Assembly (NCBI GenBank): GCA_964016885.1 | Contig: OZ024740.1 | Location: 112,716,001-112,780,000 of the forward strand | DNA: 64,000 bases | Origin: Eledone cirrhosa | Lineage: Eukaryota | Reading direction: 5' to 3' | Part shown: positions 57,256 to 64,000 of the stretch, piece by piece | Layout: each line of letters starts with the position of its first letter | Position numbering within the stretch: position 1 is the first letter of the stretch | The notes under the pieces: model-generated | Database searches by the model: none | What the model saw: the letters and a program-made list of their open reading frames with translations, nothing else | What the model was told of the DNA's origin: nothing | Position numbers and translations under genes: made by a program

Positions 57256-57510
57256 ATATAAATATATAACAAGCCTGCACCCTTGGAATTGATGGTAAAA
57301 TCCAGTACAGGGTTTCTGTGACACCTAAATCAATAAATGTGTCTGCTTAAAACAATAAGCTTTTGGAATAATGATTGAACGAGGAATATCACGTTATCAA
57401 CGGGTATTTTGTTCTGCGTCAGTGTTGTGGATGACACAGTGTTTTGTAAAAGCACATGCATAACTCACAGGGGAAAAAACCCAGATTTTGGCAAATAAAT
57501 GCAGTATGTG

Positions 57511-57619
<109 letters not shown>

Positions 57620-58541
57620 CGTTTCTGAATTTGTTTAGCAGGATTCTTTATCTGAAATCGTGTGTTGAAACCGATATGATATTGTTATACTTTGGGAGGG
57701 TCATGTTGCCAATAAGAAACACACGCACCAGTTGCTTTCACTTCAATTTATTACAATAAATTTATAAATTTCTGGTTGGTTGGTTGGTTCCACAACCAGA
57801 TAGTTGTTTATATATTGTCATAGTTCTTTCGTCACACACTCTGTGACCTCTTCAGTGACTGGGGATTCCTTTCTTTGTTTCTGTGCCTCTCCTTTGTTCT
57901 GTCCTACGCCATTTTGTTTCTGTGTGTGTGTTGTGTGCTCAGTCTGCGCATGCGCCACATCCGGGTGTCTGTGTGTGTTTATGTTCATTTATCTATTTGT
58001 TTATTTACATGTTACTGGTTGGTTGTTTGTTCTATGTGTGTGTTTTCATTTTGTCCTTAATTGTAAGTTGTGATGTTGCTGTTCCACTCATATTTTCTAT
58101 TTAATTTTGGTTGTAATTCTTTTATGTTTATTGCCTCTGTAATTTGTCTAAACATTGCGTCTTTTCTGTGTGTAGATTCTATTTTTATTTCTATGTTTTC
58201 TAATTTACCCTTGTGTTCTATTTTAGCATGTTGGTAGAGTACAGATGATTCTTTACTATCTTAAAGGTCTCGCCAGTGTTCATTTATCTGTTCCTCTACA
58301 CTACGAGCTGTCTCAACTATGTACACTATATTTTTGTCTCTACATTGCCCTTCAGTACATCTTATGCTATACACTACATTTCTAGTTTCACAGTTAATAT
58401 GGGGGCTTATTTTACAGGTTATACATTTCTTATCTATACATGAGGGTCTTTGAAAAGGGTATGTCTTGCTAATAAGTGTTTTTACGGAGGTACCTGGTCT
58501 TTCTACTATCTTAATATTGAGTTTATGTTTATTTAGGGCCC

Positions 58542-58546
<5 letters not shown>
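57620..58546 (-). mobile_element. PLE 3' fragment: Cys-rich linker, GIY-YIG (to about 58058) and pseudo-LTR with HHR-like motif (57817-57859)
   Basis: NVVYSIRC...YIVETARS...EH; HAKIEH...RQITEAINI...LNRKYEW. Confidence 0.8.
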
Positions 58547-58589
<43 letters not shown>

Positions 58590-59058
58590 GTTCACAAATA
58601 CTTATAGAACATAGATGTACACGAATGTATCGCAAACAATTTGAAAATGATCGTGTCGTAAGGTCGGCCCTAATGACTGACAAGTGAGTGTCACCACAGA
58701 TCAGGCATCTGTCTTTATGTCAGGTGACATCGTTTCATACCACATTGTTTATATGACATGATTAACATATTAATCTCAGTCTTTCTAGTCGCCATCTTGG
58801 CTATAGTCTAGCTTGCTTCAATATCAAAGGGATTGCAGCTGTCATGGCGCGTCTTAACAGATTAGCGAAACCGTATCAAATGATTTTGCAGGATAATAAT
58901 AATGTGTTTAATGTCGACATTATATCGAGCAGCAAGCGTACTTAATTAACCGTACCCGCTTGGAAGTTAGCAACTCTATTTAACGCATCTAATGAACTGT
59001 GTGGTGTTATTTCAATATGTCTGCCTGCCTTTCCGTTTGTCTATCCATCTCACCCCTC

Positions 59059-59104
<46 letters not shown>

Positions 59105-59404
59105 GAGTGGAAGCTTAGTAAAATCGAAGCTTTGGTTGTGGGCAAGCAAAGTTGATCTACAATAGGAATGAGTTAGCAAAGCACTCAATAAGGGTAGGTC
59201 CTTAGAGTAATAACATACGTTTAAATAGCTTGACAAATTGAACATTGCGGTAGGGAAAACCCAACCACACAATACCAAAGTAACGAAAGAACTAACAGGT
59301 TAAAAGATACACCTATATACTGTATGTATATATATATATATTGGAGAAGATAATTAGACTAAGAGAAAGGAAGGCGAAGAATTATATATATATATATATA
59401 CATA

Positions 59405-59781
<377 letters not shown>

Positions 59782-60320
59782 TGTATGTATATCTATATAT
59801 ATAATTCTTCACCTATCTTTCTTATACTCTTATGATCTCCCCCAAAACATTTTGTTGCTTTGTTATCAATGTGTAAAAATATTTAATTCTAAATATCATT
59901 CACTTTGTTCGCACACATAACACACACAATACGCACACATATACACACGTATGGATCAGATTAGATCTGTCGGAATGTGTTGCATTCAACACATATATGT
60001 CTAAATGATATATAAAATACCCCCGTGTCAGTTTTTACCACATAGCAGAATTCTCTGGAGATATATTTATCTTAACAAAAAGATTAGCAAGTCCAAAACA
60101 ATTTCTTGTACTATTTATTCGTTTCATATTCCAATTCATTGGAAGTAATGTCCAGTATTAAGCCGTGGTGTTCCTACCGAGGTAGTGTCGTCAATTTATC
60201 TCTATCTCATTTGTTCATGTCGTGATTTTAGTTATCAGAAACAGGATTAGTGTGTATGTATGTAAAATATGTAATGTAATGTGTCAATGTATGTATGTAT
60301 GTATTTATGTATGTATGTAT

Positions 60321-61170
60321 ATTATCTCTTTCTCTTAATTTCGAGTATATTTTTTGACCGGCCACCTTCCTGGTGGCAAGGTTGTAAAAGAAAAGAAATT
60401 GTCATCCCTTGAATCGCAAGCATGTTTTGCAAATTTTGAAGGTGCCAGCTATCGCAGCCATTTGTAGACTATGAATTAGGGAGCTGCGCTCTTTGTCCGC
60501 AAATCCAAGTTCAGTCATACTTTGGTCCAAGCGGGTTGGTATATAACCCGTAGTTCCAATAATGATGGGTATGAAGATAAAGGTGTATCTTGGTTGATGG
60601 ATTTGTAAACTCCTCATCAATGGTCCGTAGATGTCCTCCTTCTCCTGTATTTTTCTGACAACGTTTACATCAAGTGGGCAGCTGATCTCCACAACAGAAC
60701 ACGTTTTCAATGTGTGGTCCCAAACAACAATATCAGGCCGGTTGCGCTTTAATTTGGTGGCAGTTTTTATTTTCAGGTTCCACCAGTATTCCTTAATCTG
60801 TCTCAATATATTCTTCCTCGTTTGTTGTTAATTTTGTTTTCCGAAGTGCGTTCCAGATGGTTCTAGCTATCCCATCGTGTCTCATAGGGAGGTAGTAGCG
60901 AGATGACATTCTTTCGCAGCTGGCAACAATGTGGCTTACATCTTCGATCTTTGTTTTACATAGCCTACATTTATTGTCAGCTGATGGCCCTCCTCTTTTG
61001 TGCAGCAGCTATTTGGTAGGGAGTTCTTGTTCCTGTATTGCATAGCGATATCCCTCAAGGTGTGATGTCATAAACTTGTCGGAACTCCATGCCAGGCTTT
61101 TTGAGTGGTTTATCCCCTCTGTGGTCTGTGTTTTACGTCTCAAGTATCCATGCACAACTTTTTCTGTAAA
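60321..61170 (-). mobile_element. R4/Dong-like non-LTR retrotransposon 3' fragment (CCHC plus restriction-like endonuclease) between (TATG)n tracts
   Basis: AIQEQ, CRLC...EDVSHIVASC, RHD, RPDIVVWD, VEISCP, EKEDIY. Confidence 0.8.
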
Positions 61171-61599
61171 TGTATGTATGTATGTATGTATGTATGCATG
61201 TATGTATGTATGTATGTATGTATGTATGTATGTATGTATGTATGTATGTATGTATGTATGTATGTATGTACGTACGTATGTATGTATGTTCTTCTGGTTT
61301 TATAATTTCACAAATTTTTTTCCCAATAGAGAGTCGGTTTCTAACATAGACACAAGACTCTCTCATTGGAATTTACACATCAACTAGGTAGATTATGTAT
61401 GCATGCATGTGTAGATATGTATGTTATTGTATGTGTGGATGTGTATGTTTTGAGTTGTATGTGTGCATGTGTATATGCTTTGTATCTGTACATGTGTATA
61501 TGCAGTTATTAGATGCAACATTTTTGGAATGTTTTACATATTTTTACTGTTCCATAAATGGATTGTACTTGTAATTTCTTAAATTATGTATGTATGTAT

Positions 61600-62944
61600 G
61601 GTCAGGTCACCAGTTGGTGCTACTGGTAACATGTATCCCAGTTCAACCTGTCCCATGGTCGGGTCGTTGGCGACTAAATTGGCAACCCCACCAAGGTTTC
61701 TTAGTGAGGAGGGTGACTTTGGACATCCTGCAGGACTAAAAACAAAACCTGTCAAAGCTCTTAAGAGTCAATGGCCATCCAAAATCACCCGGTGAGATGA
61801 CCCCATAGCCTTTTTCAAGGCAGAATTCTAGGAGAAGGAAAACTCTGATATAACACCTGCAACCCTGATGGTATCCAATGATGTTGACTTGTTATTCTTT
61901 TTGGTAAATATCATCTTGGTTAAGAGAGTGGGACTGGCTTTGTGCAGTGCCTTTGCTCACTATAAAAGCTTCACGGCACAGGCATTGCTTTATATCTGGA
62001 GATCTTTCTGCACTTGTCGTCACATGGTACCATGGGCCCAGCACTATGTGTCAATAATTGTCACAAGTTTAGTGTTTGTACCAAAGTTTTCAAGTCGCTG
62101 GCTGGACTAAAAAGCCACACTCGTTCAGCGTATCGGTAGGGGTTCTCCTACATGGATATAAAGTAGTGGCCGTACTCGAAAACGAGTTGGCAGTCACCAT
62201 GTATGTATGTATGTATGTATGTATGTATGTATGTATGTATGTATGTATGTATGTATGTATGTATGTATGTATGTATGTATGCATGCATGTATGTATGTAT
62301 GCATGTATGTATGTATGTATGTATGTATGTATGTATGTCAGGTCACCAGTTGGTGCTACTGGTAACATTATCCCAGTACAACCAGTCTCATGGTCGGGTC
62401 GTTGGCGACTAAACTGGCAACCCCACCAAGGTTTCTTGGTGAGGAGGGTGACTTTGGACATCCTGCAGGACTAAAAACAAAACCTGTCAAAGGGCAAAGG
62501 AGCTCTTAAGAGTCAATTGCCATCCAAAATCACCGGGAGAGATGACCCCTTAGCCTTTGTCAAGGCAGAATTGTAGGAGAAGGAAAACTCTGATATAACA
62601 CCTGCAACCCTGATGGTATCCAATGATGTTGACTTGTTCTTCTTTTTGGTAAATATCATCTTGGTTAAGAGAGTGGGACTGGCTTTGTGCAGTGTCTTTG
62701 CTCACTATAAAAGCTTCACGGCACAGGCATTGCTTTATATCTGGAGATCTCTCTGCACTTGTCGTCACATGGTACCATGGGCCCAACACTATGTGTCAAT
62801 AATTGTCACAAGTGTAGTGTTTGTACCAGAGTTTTCAAGTCGCTGGCTGGACTAAAAAGTCACACTCGTTCAGCGCATCAGTAGGGGTTCTCCTACATGG
62901 ATATAAAGTAGTGGCCGTACTCGAAAACGAGTTGGCAGCCACCA
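61600..62944 (+). mobile_element. Two about 600-bp non-coding copies (61600-62198, 62337-62944) in (ATGT)n, RTE-5'UTR-like
   Basis: Highly similar copies with the same ends, separated by (atgt)n; taggagaaggaaaactctgat resembles RTE-clade leader sequence (from recall). Confidence 0.6.
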
Positions 62945-63227
62945 TGTATGTATGTATGTATGTATGTATGAATGTATGTATGTATGCATGTATGTATGTA
63001 TGCATGTATGTATATATGTATGTATGTATGTATGGATGGATGGATGGATGGATGGATGGATGGATGGGTATATATTATATAACTTTGCCCATCATTTCCC
63101 GTTTAGTGGTTTTATACGCTCCGTTTTTATTAGACTATTTTGTTTCATCAAAGTTATGGCGAAATCTTCTCATTCAATTTACAAGCTCCGCTCACCATTT
63201 TCTAGAGATACGTTCTTTCTTTGTATA

Positions 63228-63790
63228 TAACAGGCCACGGGGGTAGCCATGGGCACAAGAATGGGCCCAAACTATTCCAACCTTTTCGTTGGCCATGTTG
63301 AGGCCCAAATCTTTGCCCGGTATACCGGCCCCACGCCCGAACTGTACGGTCGTTACATCGACGACTGTATCGGAACCACGACCCTCACCCGAGAACAGCT
63401 CGACTCCTTTCTCTCCTTCTTCTGCTCCTTCCACCCCTCCCTCCACTTCACCACCTCTATCTCCACTACCCACGTCCTCTTCTTAGATATCTCCGTCGAC
63501 ATCGATTCCTCCCACCGCTGCCTCATCACCTCCGCCTTCTGCAAACCCACCGACTCCCACTCCTACCTAGACTTCACCTCCTCCCACCCTACACACACAC
63601 TAAACACTCTATTCCCTACTCCCAACTCCTCCGGATCCGCCGCTTCTGTAGCCGAGATGCTGATTTTGAGTCCCAGGCCCTTTCCCTAGTCAGCCATTTC
63701 ATTCGGAGAGGTTACCTCCCCTCGTCCACACCGCCCTCATTCGCGCCCGTGCTGTCCACCGCTCCACCGCCCTCACCCCACGCCACCGCA
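63228..63790 (+). pseudogene. Penelope-like RT fragment
   Basis: GVAMGTRMGPNYSNLF, RYIDD, FLDI, KPTDSHSYL..SSHP. Confidence 0.85.
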
Positions 63791-64000
63791 CACCCACCCA
63801 CTGCTTAACAAAACTAACACCCCCACCCCACCCCACCCCACCCGGCCCTCCCCCAACTAACAATACTAACATCCCCACCCTCCCCCTAGCACCCGCGCAC
63901 CCACACACCCCGCACACACACACGCACCTGTACATATATACACGCACTCACACTGCCCACACACCTACTACCACCACTAACCTCCACTCCGACACCCCAC

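Overview
Repeat-saturated animal DNA, probably an octopod cephalopod (inferred from the SINE families and the microsatellite load), with a 200-N gap at 43827-44026. No host gene can be called with confidence, and most ORFs in the track are microsatellite translations. Ordinary content: tRNA-derived SINEs, three Tx1/L1-like LINE fragments, a frameshifted CRE-like RT+RLE element, an R4/Dong-like RLE fragment, a deleted Helitron, pogo/mariner MITEs and at least seven Penelope-like element (PLE) remnants. The main signal is an RNA-level one. By eye I find about 26 type I hammerhead ribozyme (HHR) motifs from about 14 sequence families. They sit in PLE pseudo-LTRs and in small non-coding, (TA)n-targeted, tandem or inverted retrozyme-like units (310, 478 and about 682 bp). 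Two families carry a compensatory U3-A8 catalytic core. Several families share a TACYCC...GAGTRC motif 50-80 nt before the (TA)n junction. All folds are by-eye inferences, not computed or assayed.
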